Notes: generated by a model not told the origin, from the sequence alone. 64,000 nucleotides of DNA from Botryllus schlosseri (GCA_051294905.1 CM119372.1:13952001-14016000); one strand, 5' to 3'. Numbered from the stretch's first letter, positions 38,068 to 50,825 are shown. Program-made: numbers and translations.

Positions 38068-40448
38068 CAGACCTGGGCAAAGTGCGGCCCGCTGGCCAAA
38101 TGCGACCCGCGAAGCTATTCTGTGCGGCCCGCGAAAGGCTGCTTGGAATTCAAAACATAATACTTGCTTGTTGAATGACTAAAACCATAGGCTGTAGCAG
38201 CTACACAGGAATTTCGTTTACTTTGAAGCATGTTCATCGTTCAATGTTCATTAATATGCAACGATTACGCTGCATGCTTTGCTTACGTACCTCGCATGCG
38301 TAATCCAGATTCAAAATACAGGTAATGTGACAAAGTATAAGTAGCAATTAGAGTCACAATAAATCAATTTTTCCATATAGTTTAGTTCAAACCTTCTTTG
38401 TTGCCATTGTCACATCATGCATTATACGGCATGTGTTTCAAATTAGTACGTGATACGTTTCAAAATCCAAAATTCTAAGTCAATCAGTGCTCGCGATTAC
38501 TATATGACTCACCAAATCTATCACCCATAAAGGAACAACGGCATGCCAGAAAAAGAAAGCCGAAAACTGAATTCAAAAAACGTTTATACCAGTGGCTCCC
38601 AACCTTTTTGTCTACATTCATACATACATTCATACATTTAGATTTATTCCGAGTCTTCATTCCCCACTACCCAAAACTCCTGTATGCGCTTTAAAACAGG
38701 GTTACACTATTTTGAGATCATAAAAAGAGGACACTTTTTGTAAATTCTGAAATCGCCAAGAAAACTAATGGTTTTGGAAATTTTTCGATATTATGGTATT
38801 GACTAAAAAAGGACGTCATTTTGGCTCGGCTCCCGATTTTTTACGAAACTCTGACGTTCGCTGCGTCGTAGTCGCATTTTTCGTGGGATTTCGATTAAAG
38901 TTGTTCCTATGAAGAAAAAGAAACGAAACACTCGGTCAAGGGAGGGCGAAGTTCAGAAATACTACAAACGTCGCTCAACGTCAATGTTATTTAAGCTGCA
39001 TACTGCTCGGAAGGCAGCGACCAAGAAAATGTGCTTTGTACTAGGGATGGTGTGAACCTCTGAAAGGTTCAGGTTCGTGTGAACGCGAACTTTTTTGAAA
39101 GGTTCTGTGTGAACACGAACGTGAACCTCGTGACGTCACGTGACGTCATATTGCTAATTCCAACCCTATCTTCCAATAAAGTGATAGCCTATATTAATGT
39201 ACACGATACCTAGCGAAGACTCGGTCCACATAATGCCACAATGCTGAAGTACATATCGGCGTTTTAAACGTCGCTAAATGTATCAACAGCGGTAATCAAA
39301 GGATATAATAATTGTGTAAAATCAATACATTCCGTCGCTTTGCCAACAATTTCGACGGGGACTTACCAAGGAATATAAGCTTACGCCTTAACGGTCTTAG
39401 CCAGACCGGACAATGTGTTCGGAGTCTGAGTATTGCTACATTGATATTGAGCAGAGTGTACAACGGGTTTCAATACTCGCTACCGATACCACAAACAACA
39501 ACAAGTTATGCAGCAGTAGCAAGCACCTTAATCGAATGGATCTGGTTTTAATGATACAGTAAAGATATGAAGTCAAGATTGAACCCGTACGCCCGTTCGA
39601 TTTTTTACATCAGAAGATGATATCAATGTCATTGATTGGTTGAATAAGCATCATTCGCCGACTACGTATATCGCTCGTGATGTTGTGTGATTGCGGGTCA
39701 AGCTCACAGCAGAGAGTCACTAAATATTCACAAACGGAAAGCTGGTTATTCCGAGAAAATTTTTGCAACAAAGCAACTAAAACTTTTAAGGTTGTCGAGG
39801 TGCATGGTGCATGCTCGTCAAGCGTTGATTTTGTTATGCTGCCAGCACCATGCATTGAGTGGCCCGCAGTTGAAATGCAATAAATTTGAGCCAAAGATCT
39901 TAAACTGGAGTGAAAATTACAATTTACCCAAAGGTTCACAGTGCAGAACCTACCAAGGTTCTGTTGTGAACACGAACCTCTAAATTTCCGAGGTTCACAC
40001 ACAGAACGCGAACGTGAACCTCACGTTCACACCATCCCTACTTTGTACCATTGCATATACATTTATGTGCAGTGGTTCTCGAATTGGGGCCGTGAAAGCT
40101 TCAGAAGGGGGTGATTTTTTTCGCGCTCCGCGTGATTTACCCCTAGCTTATAGGTGTTGCTCTGCGTTTTGTTAGACTTTGATATTTCAGAATTCACTCG
40201 TCAACAGAGTTTAAATGTATCGTGTTTAATATTGTTTCGAATCATGACGGCAAATATATATTTTTGTAATTAACCGTCACTTTCTCATTACTAACGTCAA
40301 CACATTCACCGAGCAGCATTTATTAACAATGTAATTTAGAAATAAAATTAAAATACGCAGGAGAATATAGCTAAAAATTTCATTCGGCCCGCCAACGTAG
40401 TTTCTACTTCTCATTTGGCGCGTGCAGGAAAATAATTGCCCACCCCTG
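38068..40448. mobile_element. hAT (Charlie-like) element in the Hox1 long intron, containing nested elements
   Basis: CAGACCTGGGCAA ... TTGCCCACCCCTG; TSD CCCTACAG / CCTTACAG (7/8); CGGCCCG motifs. Confidence 0.8.
39042..40040. mobile_element. Intact TAGGGATGGTGTGAAC-family hAT-type element (999 bp)
   Basis: Perfect 16-bp TIR; perfect TSD CTTTGTAC; GAAC/GTTC subterminal repeats. Confidence 0.92.
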
Positions 40449-40975
40449 CCTTACAGTGAATGAGTTTATTATTTGCAGAATTATAAAGTGGAAACTTTAA
40501 CCCTGAGTTATTTCGCTCAATACACCGGAAAATATCAATTTCAGAGAAATAATAATGCTTAATTAGAAGTATTCTTATATATACGGACGGTTAACACACT
40601 TCGGAACTTGATGAATTCGGCACCGGGCGTACCCAAATCCTAAACCTCACCTACCCCTACCCTAACACTTAACCCCAACCCTAACACAACCCATAACCCT
40701 AATTCACTGGTAAACCTTTCTGCTAATTCGCCTGAGAGAAAAATGTATATACAGTACTTTTAACCCATATAATGTACGCCTGCTGTGACCCAGAGTTATG
40801 GATTTTCATGTCATTACACGACTAAAGCTTTTCAATATTTTGAACTCCTGGGTCATGGGTTAGTACCTTTCCTGTCCCCAGCGGAGCCGTTGAAATAGAC
40901 CGCTTGCTTATGATGTGATCATAATGCGAACGAACGTCTACATTTTCCCACCCGGCACCGTTGCAAACTGCGGAT

Positions 40976-40989
40976 AGGTGAATAGTTCA
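40976..40989 (+). promoter_or_regulatory. Candidate DR2 RARE in the Hox1 long intron
   Basis: AGGTGA-at-AGTTCA; both half-sites fit RGKTSA. Motif match only. Confidence 0.35.
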
Positions 40990-42139
40990 AGCATATATAG
41001 TATATACATCGGCACGCGTACACAAATCCTATTGAAGTACCAATGTGAGGTCGAAGCGCGACACTGATCTATCGGATACGCGGGGTCAATGCATGTAAAA
41101 CGTCGTCCTATATTTTAATGTGTGTACCGACCATGCGTCAATGTTGTTTGCCCAGCTGAACATTTTCCGCGTGTCGAGGCCTCCGGTCAAATAGCTCCAG
41201 AACCCCGAGGAAACTAAATTTCCTCGCGCCGGTCTGTGAACATATTTACACGACATTACCCAACTTCGCTATATCGCACTTGTCCGATCGCCGCGAAGCG
41301 TGAACGATTAAGGCCATATTTCTGGACGAAAGTCATCCGATCTTAATGAGAAAGGGTGCATGTGAAATGGTTCTCCTCTTGAGTAAATTCCGTTTGGGAG
41401 CTGGTTGGTTTCTGGGTATGGGTGGTCAATATCTTAAATTTGATCATCCCATCATGAAGGGTCAAATTACATCCAAACAAAATGGAAACATATTCACTTT
41501 CAGATATGTATACGTGTGTAGTTGTGCACGTGTATTACGGGCAGGGCTACATTTAAATCAAAAATCAATTTTAAACAAACGTGTTTAAAACATGGCCCTC
41601 GTTTTTAATGTTTGTTTTTTAGTCATGATGCCACAAATCTTTGATGGTGGGGTCACAGGGGATTGGCATTGAAAATTGAAAATATAGGGTAAATATGGAT
41701 CCCTCGACGAAAAGGGCATCCGACCACTGTCATAATGAGACCAAAAATGTCTTTAACCAGGACTACAGCATTTTTACGGTCATCAGAACACCAATTTATC
41801 AATATTTCCAATTACCAATTATTTATATCTACTAGCTATTACTGTCGAACCAACGACGATTTCGAGGGTTCCAGTCACTCCACATCATATAAACGTCGAC
41901 TATATTGGGTTCAAATCGTCCATAATACATGTTTTTCGAAAGTTTTTGCACAATTGTGGAATAATTATACATCGTTTCAAAAAAACAAACATCTTTTCAA
42001 AGGCATTTGGTTAATGCATGTTTTTAAACAAAATGTTTTAAACACCGTTTGTTTTGAATGCAATCCAAATTACTAATATATTGTGTCAAGGTTTTAATTT
42101 GATGTCAAAATTGCGGAGACGTCGCGATATGCTTAATCA

Positions 42140-42266
42140 AAACCCAGTTATGTGGGTCGGTAAGGACTCTCTCTGACACATAGAAACGTGGCAGAGCCGA
42201 GACTCAAACCAACAACTATTGACGTCGTGACGGTGTAGCTAAGCGCACTGCGCCACTCGCTTCCAC
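42140..42266 (-). mobile_element. Degenerate tRNA-derived SINE fragment
   Basis: Minus strand GCGAGTGGCGCAGTG (A-box-like) ... GGTTTGAGTCTC (B-box-like). Confidence 0.4.
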
Positions 42267-45200
42267 CTCCGTAGGTTACTAATCAAAATCTCACAATGCT
42301 ATCGCCGTCTGTGTTAGCTAAGTACATATTAAATAGATCCGTTAACACCATAGATTCAGGCAACGGGTGACAGCGATTCCGGCTTACTATTACCATTATT
42401 GTACAATGTACATGCGCACAGTCGCACACTACCTTATAACTCAAAGTTCTGATTCCGCCAAGTAATTTACCGTACTGTGTGTGAAATAAACACATCGTCA
42501 TTGTCTACCTGCATAAGCCTGCATTTTCAATTATATACCTCTCACGAAATATCAGACAAAACTGAAAGTATACGCTGAAATGGTACAGCAAGCAACGCGA
42601 AATTATAATGCAAATAAGTTATACCCAAGATGGTGACACTTATAAATATTTTGTTGTTTGTCAAGAAGATTCGTGTTGACTAACGTAGCAAGGGTCGTTT
42701 CTGAACGTGAACCTCCAAATTAGCAATTATATCACTGCGAACACGATCCCAACGTTGGATTTGTGACACCACTGTGCTGTGCACTACAGGGTCTCGTAGC
42801 AGATTGCCGAAATTATTACAGCCACGCGGCGTCAAGACTCGACGTGTCCCAACATCAGTCATAACTAGGGCAAGATTTTGTTGCGGACAAATCCGTGAAA
42901 AGTTGCACTTATTTTTCACAAAAGTTGCATTTAGTTTTTACAAAAGTTGCGTTTATGGACACGATTCCTTCAAACAGCTTAAAACACTATACTACATAAC
43001 TTCTGAGTATTTAGCTGCAAAAAAAAGTTGCAAAAACTTGCCATAGTCATAATCTATTGTTATTGGACATGTGCACATCATTTGATTACAATAGGAAAGC
43101 GAATGTGCTAACTTTGCGTAAATTACTAGAGCATATTACCAATATTTGTGCAACAATGAATAGTCATGTGGAAAAGCAATCGTCGAAAGTATCGACATAG
43201 TAATTAGTTTTACACCGAACACAGGAGTGTGACAAATGAAAAAATGGTGCTGCCATATGGGCTCATAACTGTGTCGTTGGCGGACAGTCGTCACAATATT
43301 TGACGGAAGAATTTTCTCGATCATGACCGATAGATCGTGGTACATAATTAGACCCGAGATACTGGTTTCCGGAAATTAATGACGCAAGCTATATAACTGA
43401 GAAATGGTTTCTATACACGAATCGTACGCAGTGGCCGCAGTGTTGTTGACCTTGTATAGAGCAGACAATTTAATTCGAGAATTCGAAAACTGTTTTTTAC
43501 ATAAATCTCCTTTCGGAAGGGAAAATTAGAAAACAGGCCGCAGTGTCGTTATCACGGAGATCTACCCCAGTCGGACTGGCGTCGGAGGATTTACATTCTT
43601 CTCAACTCCGCATTTAAAACAGCCCCGAGTTGTAACTTTTCCGATTTTACGACCGAAAAAAGCCGACTCTACCATTTCGTCGGCAGTGTCTCCGATTCGA
43701 CGAGCAGTTTTATGATGAACGATACACCCGCGGGGTTTATCTGGGGTTCCAGTTGTCATGGGGACGTTATATTTGGTATGTTCCATCCGTCTCTTCGACA
43801 ACGATAATGTTTTTCTCGGTTCGGGCCGCGTCACAATAACCTTTGATAATTTCGCCCGAAAGACGCCCGGTAGCGCGCGATGACGTTTCAGCGCGAATGA
43901 TAGATCGGCGTTGTTGCGTTTGGGAGCTTCAAAAACAACTCGTTAAGCCCTAAAACAACGGGCGAGCAAGAGAAAATAGAATTCGGAAAGATTTAACCAA
44001 TTTCCAGTCAGACTTCGAAGCCGGGCGGCGACAAAATTGCGAGCACGCGGGAGAATGATGAATGTCGGGACTGGCGATATGACGGACTCACGAATCCGCT
44101 TTAATCCACGGCGATAATTAGTGTAAACTACACCGCGTTTTGTACAGCATTACTATTCTCGATTATCTCCCAATTAAATATTGACTGAGCTTGATATCTG
44201 CTAGGATAACTATAAGATACACGAGAATCTGTACACAAAACTCCACATTTTCACAGGTTTTATCTCACTAGGCCGACATACAAACGACGTTGCCTAATGC
44301 ACGCCAGCTTATATTCACACATCGAACTTGCACACCGGTGGTTCAAAGGAGCCATAGGGGTTTGCTGAATGTTAAGACACACATCTGGCTCATATTGCAA
44401 AAGTCACACTGATTTACAAGACCTATAATATTTTTGTTTTGTGTGAATATCATATATATTCATTGTTCTGTTCTTCCAACAGGTGATGCCAAGTTTTGTG
44501 CACCGGGATTCCATATAAAATGTAGCCTATTAGATGCGTAACGTGGTAATTTTCTGTTTTGTTACTCGAATATTTGGGGTGCGCTGAAGGTTTGCAAATT
44601 GGCAGATTATCGTAAGAGTGCGCTAGGGTAGTGGAGGTTGAGAACCACTGTACTACACTGTGAATATAAATGGCGGAATTTTCCTCCGCCGAATATGATG
44701 GAAATTATTTTCACCCTAACCTTTCAGCTCCAGCTGCAAATGCATGGAAATTGTAACAACAGTCAAATGATATGTCGCAAAATTATAGCAAATAAAATGG
44801 CCGACATTGTCATCCGACTGTCGGCTGTGATAAAGAAACAGTAGCGATAAGCGAAGGACGGCATAAAGCGTATCACCTGAGAGCAATTAGGTCGCCGATA
44901 ACCAGTCGGAACACGGCGCTGAGAAAGCGTAGCTGGAAAACCGTCGACCACAATAGGGCGCGGGGTCAGAAAGTCAAGCCTTTTGTGCAAACGCAATCTT
45001 GATTTGTTCCGTAACCAGCGGGCGACTGCGTTCACCCTCAAGGGCCGTTTGCGAAACGCTTACTGCTGGGAACAGATTTCACGCTCCCCGTACACGTCCG
45101 CTAATCATTACTCCGTTGCCCTTCTCCAATATACAAGATAATTACTTCACGCCGGGTAGCTTTTACAGTTGTATTTGCGCGTTTGTGACGCGTCACAGGA

Positions 45201-47565
45201 TTGGCGCTGTTAAACTGTGCGGTCGCAATCTGCAATTTATTATCGCTTCGTTTCAGTGTGGCACATGCTACATTGAGTTTGACAACACCTGGCCGTATGC
45301 GTAATTGAGGAAAGGGGTGAATTGTTCAAACATGCCAGACCGCAGCTTCCCCATGATTCCGAGCCGTTGTGACGTATACACATGTAGACATTTTAGGGGA
45401 CGTTCGTACCGATGGAGAGTTGTTTTTCCCACACATTTTCAGCCCTCTGCTGTCGATTACGCCCCAGACCGGCGTGTCACGGTCTTCTCTTTTCATTGAA
45501 GCCCTCGAGATGACAATGTAAATAGGGTCGTGAACTGTGGACAGTTTATCTTGGCGAGACTCGACGGGATTGCGTTGAGTGTAAAGTCTATCGAGAGAAG
45601 CTGTTATTCGATGGCTTCTGGCAATCAACATTTCCACATGCATCGTCGTCTATTGCAATCGGTGGGGATTCATATTTCCATCATCCCTTTCAGTGCCCTT
45701 ACTCGTAGCATTTGTTAGATAACTTATTTCCCGAAGCAGGCGTGAAGGATCACGGTATTCACTCAACACCTTGGGTGCCTTTCGTAGTGAAATGAAGCGC
45801 GTCAATAGCTTACATATTCGCGATATAAGGTCAGGTGCTATTTACAAATTCGCCGTCGGTTATCGTCCAAATAGTTGTTGCGATCAACGGAGCGCTTAAT
45901 GAAAACATGTCACGTTGAGTTCCGATTTCGATTATAATCTTGCTCTCTACTTTGTAAGTGAATACAGTGACAGCTTTATATTTCTCTCAATCATAATTCG
46001 CGACCCAGTAGTCAAAGCTAGGTCATTTCAGTTTCCATGTTGCTCATTTTTACCAGCGCGACTGCCATTTAGTGAAATCTTTGCTATTCTCATGAACTGG
46101 CAATCCTTGTTAGGTCATACTGGTGCTCCAGCGGCGAGTCAGTCATCGCTCATTATCTCTGCGATTTCTAATAGGATTTACAGTACAGATGATGAGTGGA
46201 AAATTAGCATGTCTATTAAAATGCCAGCAAACATTTCAAATCTATTCTCCTATTTGCACATCGATTGTAGCGTATTTTGAAATCTCGGCCCCTTCGCTAC
46301 GCAAATATTTACCTCCGTATGGGGTCAGTCAGACTGGCAGTCTCTTTGTTTCGAAAATTAACGTTGGATAATCAACTTGTTCATTCATCAATTTCTTCGA
46401 TTCGCTTTGCCGGATTGCGCGGGACTGCAGACGTGCCGAGAATCTGGCGCCATTGAAATTTAGGCTAAGACTCGAAACGTATTTGCCTAACCGCAAAGAA
46501 ACTTGCGCTGGCGTCGAAGCCGCGCTGGTGCGTCCGGTTCAAACGGAGGTAACATCCATCTTCGTGATGCCCTCGACCAACAGATGCAAGACTTAAATAG
46601 TATGTATCAATATTCACAATTCTTCAATATGAATGTCCCTAACATGAATATGCTGTTGTTGAAAAGTCTTGTGCGGCGCCGAATTCATTGTTTCTATATC
46701 AAAACACTAAATAAGGAGGATTAAGATTGATAAATCCGATAATTACATGATGCCACAAACCATAGAATTACATAGCTGGTTGGCAATATCTGCGGCATAT
46801 CCAACGCCGATAACTTTTGCTGACAGCACGAGAAACGTTCCACAGTACAATAATCCAGACGATGCGCATGCATATGTTTCACATAGGGTATAATAATATT
46901 GCGGTTTCAATACACTCGATATATTTAAGCTACCACCCGACTCATGCCGATACTTTTAAAAAATTATGCCACCAGGAGACATCGCATACGTCGATATTTA
47001 TTGATTAAGTGTCACGGATACTGTTGATCCGGTATCGTATCATATCGACTTGGGAAAGGGCAATGTGTTCGAAACCCCTAAAATCCGACGATATGTCGAC
47101 AACTCATTATAACGAATAATGCCCCTTGGTGATTAGATTATACCGTAAACACGGTCGATAATATTTCCGAACGTAGAAAATCAGCGTAACAAAATAATTG
47201 GGATAAATACGGGGCTATATGTTAGCTGAGCCGAAATTGCCAACGAGAAGTTCGTCAGCAACAAAAACAACACCGTCTAAACTGGATGTACCGAGGATAA
47301 ATCGGATATCCTATAGAGTAAATATTTAGTGCTCCAATTATTAGCATAAGACATTACATCTCTGATACGATGATAACAGGAGTCGTTCTGCGATATAGCG
47401 CTTAGCAGAAATATTTTGGATACGTTGAATGATAGTTCTCATGCATCGAGACGAGTCGTAATTTATAACCATCGAACCTCTTCTTATTTATTTTTGATTA
47501 TTGGTATGTGATTTTAGACTTAATGTGCAGATATTCCAGGCATGCCTCATTAATACCCCTTAAAA

Positions 47566-49298
47566 CAGGGTTGAGCAAACTTTTTAGCTAGCGGGCCGCA
47601 TTCAACATTTGAATCCATTCGCGGGCCGCACTACATAAAATTGGTATTTGATTATATAGTTAGTGATAACATGGAAATAATATATATGTATTTCTATATT
47701 TAAAAATAACATGCATTTGATGAAATCGTACACGCTTCAGAAACATCGACGAGACTTTAGATGCTGGTCGTCCTCATTGTCAAAATTAGAGATGAAAGTC
47801 TTTTGTACCGATTCAGGGATATTTAGATCTCTATACATCCCTGTTCCGATTCTTAGAACTGGTTGTAAATTTGAGTATGTGAGCAGCGATCTGTTCATAG
47901 ATTTTCTGCCTATACTTTTGGTTTAGTTTCAGGCAAGACCGAAACAGCATTTCGTGACCCCCCCCCCGCCTATTAGGTGATAAATGAAACTTCTGGGGGG
48001 CTCACGAAGTGCTGTTTCGGTCCTGCCGAATTTTTATAATTCGTGATTGAATCGGTCAATAATATCGGGAAGTGCGTATTGCTATCAACTTTTTTAACCT
48101 CTCTTAGCTCACGTAATCAGATTTTCCGTTAGAGCTGAGTGAGGTGTTGTCTTGGAAAATGTATGGCCCGTAAATACTAATTAAACACATTCGGGTGGGC
48201 CCGTTGTTATAATGACTCTGTTGCATCATGTTATTTCGTGACCTCCTGTCTGCTATGTCATACGATATTGAAATCACCCAAACGTAACCTACTAAACCAT
48301 AAAAGTCGCACATGATTTCATCTCAGTCTTTCTTCACTGGAAAATAGTTTTCTCTGCGGGATGAAATTTGTCTTGCATGGTTCAGATTGCCAAGACACGA
48401 ACATTCGGCGCCAACCATTTAGGCGTCTATGGTCAATTGGTCAATTATACATATGTGAGTCCTTTTCGGCCAAGGTTTTCTTGCTGCCGATCGTTCTGGC
48501 ACAATCCTCAGAGTATATCACAGGGCCTAAAACTTCATTTGTTTGTGCGTTACCGCCCGGTAATGGCCCACGACGAAATGCCCATTTCTATAAATCATGC
48601 GTATTTTTTCTTATGGAAAGTGTACCCAATATTCAATTTTATTTGGCAACAATAAATCGTGCGCAACGCGAAAAAAAAATTGAATGCAGTTGGATAAATT
48701 TTCAAAAAACTACTCCAAAATTAATGTTCATTCACGAAATAAATTTGGGCCCGCTTCGAGCTCCCCCCTTTTGGGGGGTTTGGGGCGCGGCAGTTACGGT
48801 CCTGACTCCAGGACACAAAATGCGGACATCATCATAACCATGTTTGTTACCTTTAAATACGCTTCTACAATATATAAATATATATATAAATACTTCTCAT
48901 AAAAAGAACGAATCGATCTAACACACTCGCGCATCGGTTTATCCAAGTACAGCACAAAATGTATTAAACTTGCTCGTGTTTCCTGCAATCTTAAATCACA
49001 TATGTGGTCCGGATTAAGTCATTTACAATTCGCGTTCTGTGATGTTTAGCAGCGGAAAGCTTTCAAAATATATGGGCCGTGAAGTCGGGCCATCGCGCAA
49101 TCAATAAAATTTAAAAAAAATACTGTGGTAAGAATATAACTCATCATTATCATGTTGCAATATATTAAGAAAAAGTTTAATCAAGTACCCACAGTAAATT
49201 TATTTTTTTACACAATCTATCAATATTTCTACAGCATTTATTGACGCTTTCGTGGGCCGCGCGAAACGGTGTTGCGGGCCGTAGTTTGCCCACCCCTG
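47566..49298. mobile_element. hAT (Charlie/Buster-like) element in the Hox1 long intron
   Basis: CAGGGTTGAGCAAACT ... AGTTTGCCCACCCCTG; perfect TSD CCTTAAAA; GCGGGCCGC motifs. A second repeat family is nested at about 47932-48805. Confidence 0.88.
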
Positions 49299-49404
49299 CC
49301 TTAAAACGTTTTAATCAAGTGCCGAAAGGTATTCGCCCGCATTCCAATTTTCTGATCATAATCGACGGCGTCGGGCGTAGTGGTATTTAATAAGTTCTGT
49401 CCAT

Positions 49405-49858
49405 GTTCGCGTTGGGTATGCAAACCTAACCTCAATCTTTCAGAAGTTTGTGTTCGAATACGAGCCGGAGTAGGTTCTTCCTGTGAACATTTTTGTGACA
49501 AATCTCCCCATTTTCATCAAAATTCATAGAATTGCAACTTCCTATCACTCAAATCTGCATGAAGGTATAGGTGAACGCAACAAAGTAACATGAACGCAAT
49601 ACTAATATAAATTTTGTATAGTCGAAAATTTTATTGATTCTCGTTAATTTTTCTCGAAATATCATGCTGTGTGGCTAAGCGTACTGTGAGCAAAGACTAC
49701 TACTCCGGCAATACCTCATACAGATATGAGCAGTGGGTACAGACAAGAAAGCAATACCTGATTTAGAATTAGCATTGTGACGTTTCGTGACGTCATATTT
49801 TCGTATTCAATTTAGTGCTCACGCGAACCAGAGGGGTTCGCACCATCCACCATCCCTA
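49405..49858. mobile_element. Degenerate TAGGGATGG-family element next to the exon 2 branch point
   Basis: Ends ...CGTGACGTCA...GGTTCGCACCATCCACCATCCCTA, matching the terminus of 39042-40040. The left boundary is approximate. Confidence 0.55.
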
Positions 49859-49885
49859 TCTAACTGGACGTTACTAATCTTTCAG

Positions 49886-50064
49886 CATTTTACAATCATG
49901 GAAAAATGGACCCGTACGGGTACGTCAACCAGGTCGGAAACGGACGAACAAATTTCAGTACGAAGCAATTGACTGAACTGGAGAAGGAATTTCACTACAA
50001 CAAATATCTCACAAGAGCCAGGAGGCATGAAATTGCGGATTCACTTTCCCTGAATGAAACGCAA
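49886..50064 (+). CDS. Hox1: Hox1 coding exon 2 (linker plus homeodomain residues 1-44)
   Basis: Branch-like TACTAAT and acceptor TTTCAG ending at 49885. Joined in phase 1 it reads [80 protein letters not shown] and LNETQ are labial-class diagnostics. Donor GTGCGT at 50065. Not in the ORF track. Confidence 0.95.
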
Positions 50065-50234
50065 GTGCGTATAAGTGTAAAGTGATATTTTACAAGCATA
50101 TTTGACGGCAGCATGTAGAAATAAACAATATGTCTGCTTTGGTTCGTAAATGTTACTGGTAGCTACGTGAATGCAAAAATTTATGGTGGCTACAATATAT
50201 AATGCTCATAATTGGCAACGCCCTACATTTTCAG
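50065..50234 (+). other. Hox1: Hox1 intron within the homeobox (170 bp, phase 0, Q44/V45)
   Basis: CAA|GTGCGT ... TTTTCAG|GTG; removing it restores ETQ-VKIWFQNRR. Confidence 0.93.
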
Positions 50235-50687
50235 GTGAAAATATGGTTTCAAAATCGCAGAATGAAGCAAAAGAAGCGCGACAAAGAAGCGGAAAAAATA
50301 TTGAAAGCCAACGCCACTCAGCTCCAACCGGTGAAGATTGCGCCGGATGAGTTTTGTGCTAATGACAATGTCAATTGCGACAAGAAAACTATCGCATCCG
50401 AGAAGCAAGACTCGGGAACCGCGAGCAGCAGGAAACCCGACAAATCGGATGCCTACGCCAGCTTCGACACTCCACCGAAGAAGTGTCAGCGACAATCGCC
50501 ATCCGGATTTTCTCCGTCATCTTCACTATCAAATTCTTCATCGCCAGATCGCGCAACGCAGCGACATCCAACGGCAGGAAATGAGACTGCAACACGAATT
50601 TACGAAGACTCAAAAAGTAATTTATCGGAACTCACCGTGCCTGTTCGGTCGTACTCTAATAATAGTCTTCTAGCAACGACTTTATAA
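50235..50687 (+). CDS. Hox1: Hox1 coding exon 3 (homeodomain helix 3 and Ser-rich C-terminus)
   Basis: Acceptor TTTTCAG ending at 50234, then VKIWFQNRRMKQKKRDKEAEK... to TAA at 50685-50687. Exon lengths 868+179+453 = 1500 nt, i.e. 499 aa plus stop, in frame. Confidence 0.95.
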   Translation: MKIWFQNRRMKQKKRDKEAEKILKANATQLQPVKIAPDEFCANDNVNCDKKTIASEKQDSGTASSRKPDKSDAYASFDTPPKKCQRQSPSGFSPSSSLSNSSSPDRATQRHPTAGNETATRIYEDSKSNLSELTVPVRSYSNNSLLATTL

Positions 50688-50801
50688 TAATCTATGTTTT
50701 ACTCTTGACAAAATCCGCTATACCGTCAAGATCTACCTGGGCTGAATTAAGCTCGGAACGAAGAATGCCAGCGAAATTCTTCGAGATCCACCTCACAGCT
50801 C

Positions 50802-50825
50802 ACACACACACACACACACACACAC
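50802..50825 (+). repeat. (CA)n microsatellite in the probable Hox1 3' UTR
   Basis: Direct reading, about 115 bp after the stop codon. Confidence 0.9.

Larger units (their letters stand above)
36638..49885 (+). other. Hox1: Hox1 intron between hexapeptide and homeodomain (13,248 bp)
   Basis: GT...AG boundaries with compatible phase, at the canonical Hox intron position. Additional small exons cannot be excluded. Confidence 0.85.

Noticed and set aside
40630..40705. Interstitial telomere or fusion site
   Set aside because: Highly degenerate, short, one orientation only, and embedded in a dispersed element.
46009..46025. TAGTCA-aagct-AGGTCA as a DR5 RARE
   Set aside because: The first half-site has two mismatches; too weak.
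50202..50234. MLIIGNALHFQ start of the 161-aa ORF
   Set aside because: Intronic sequence upstream of the acceptor at 50234.
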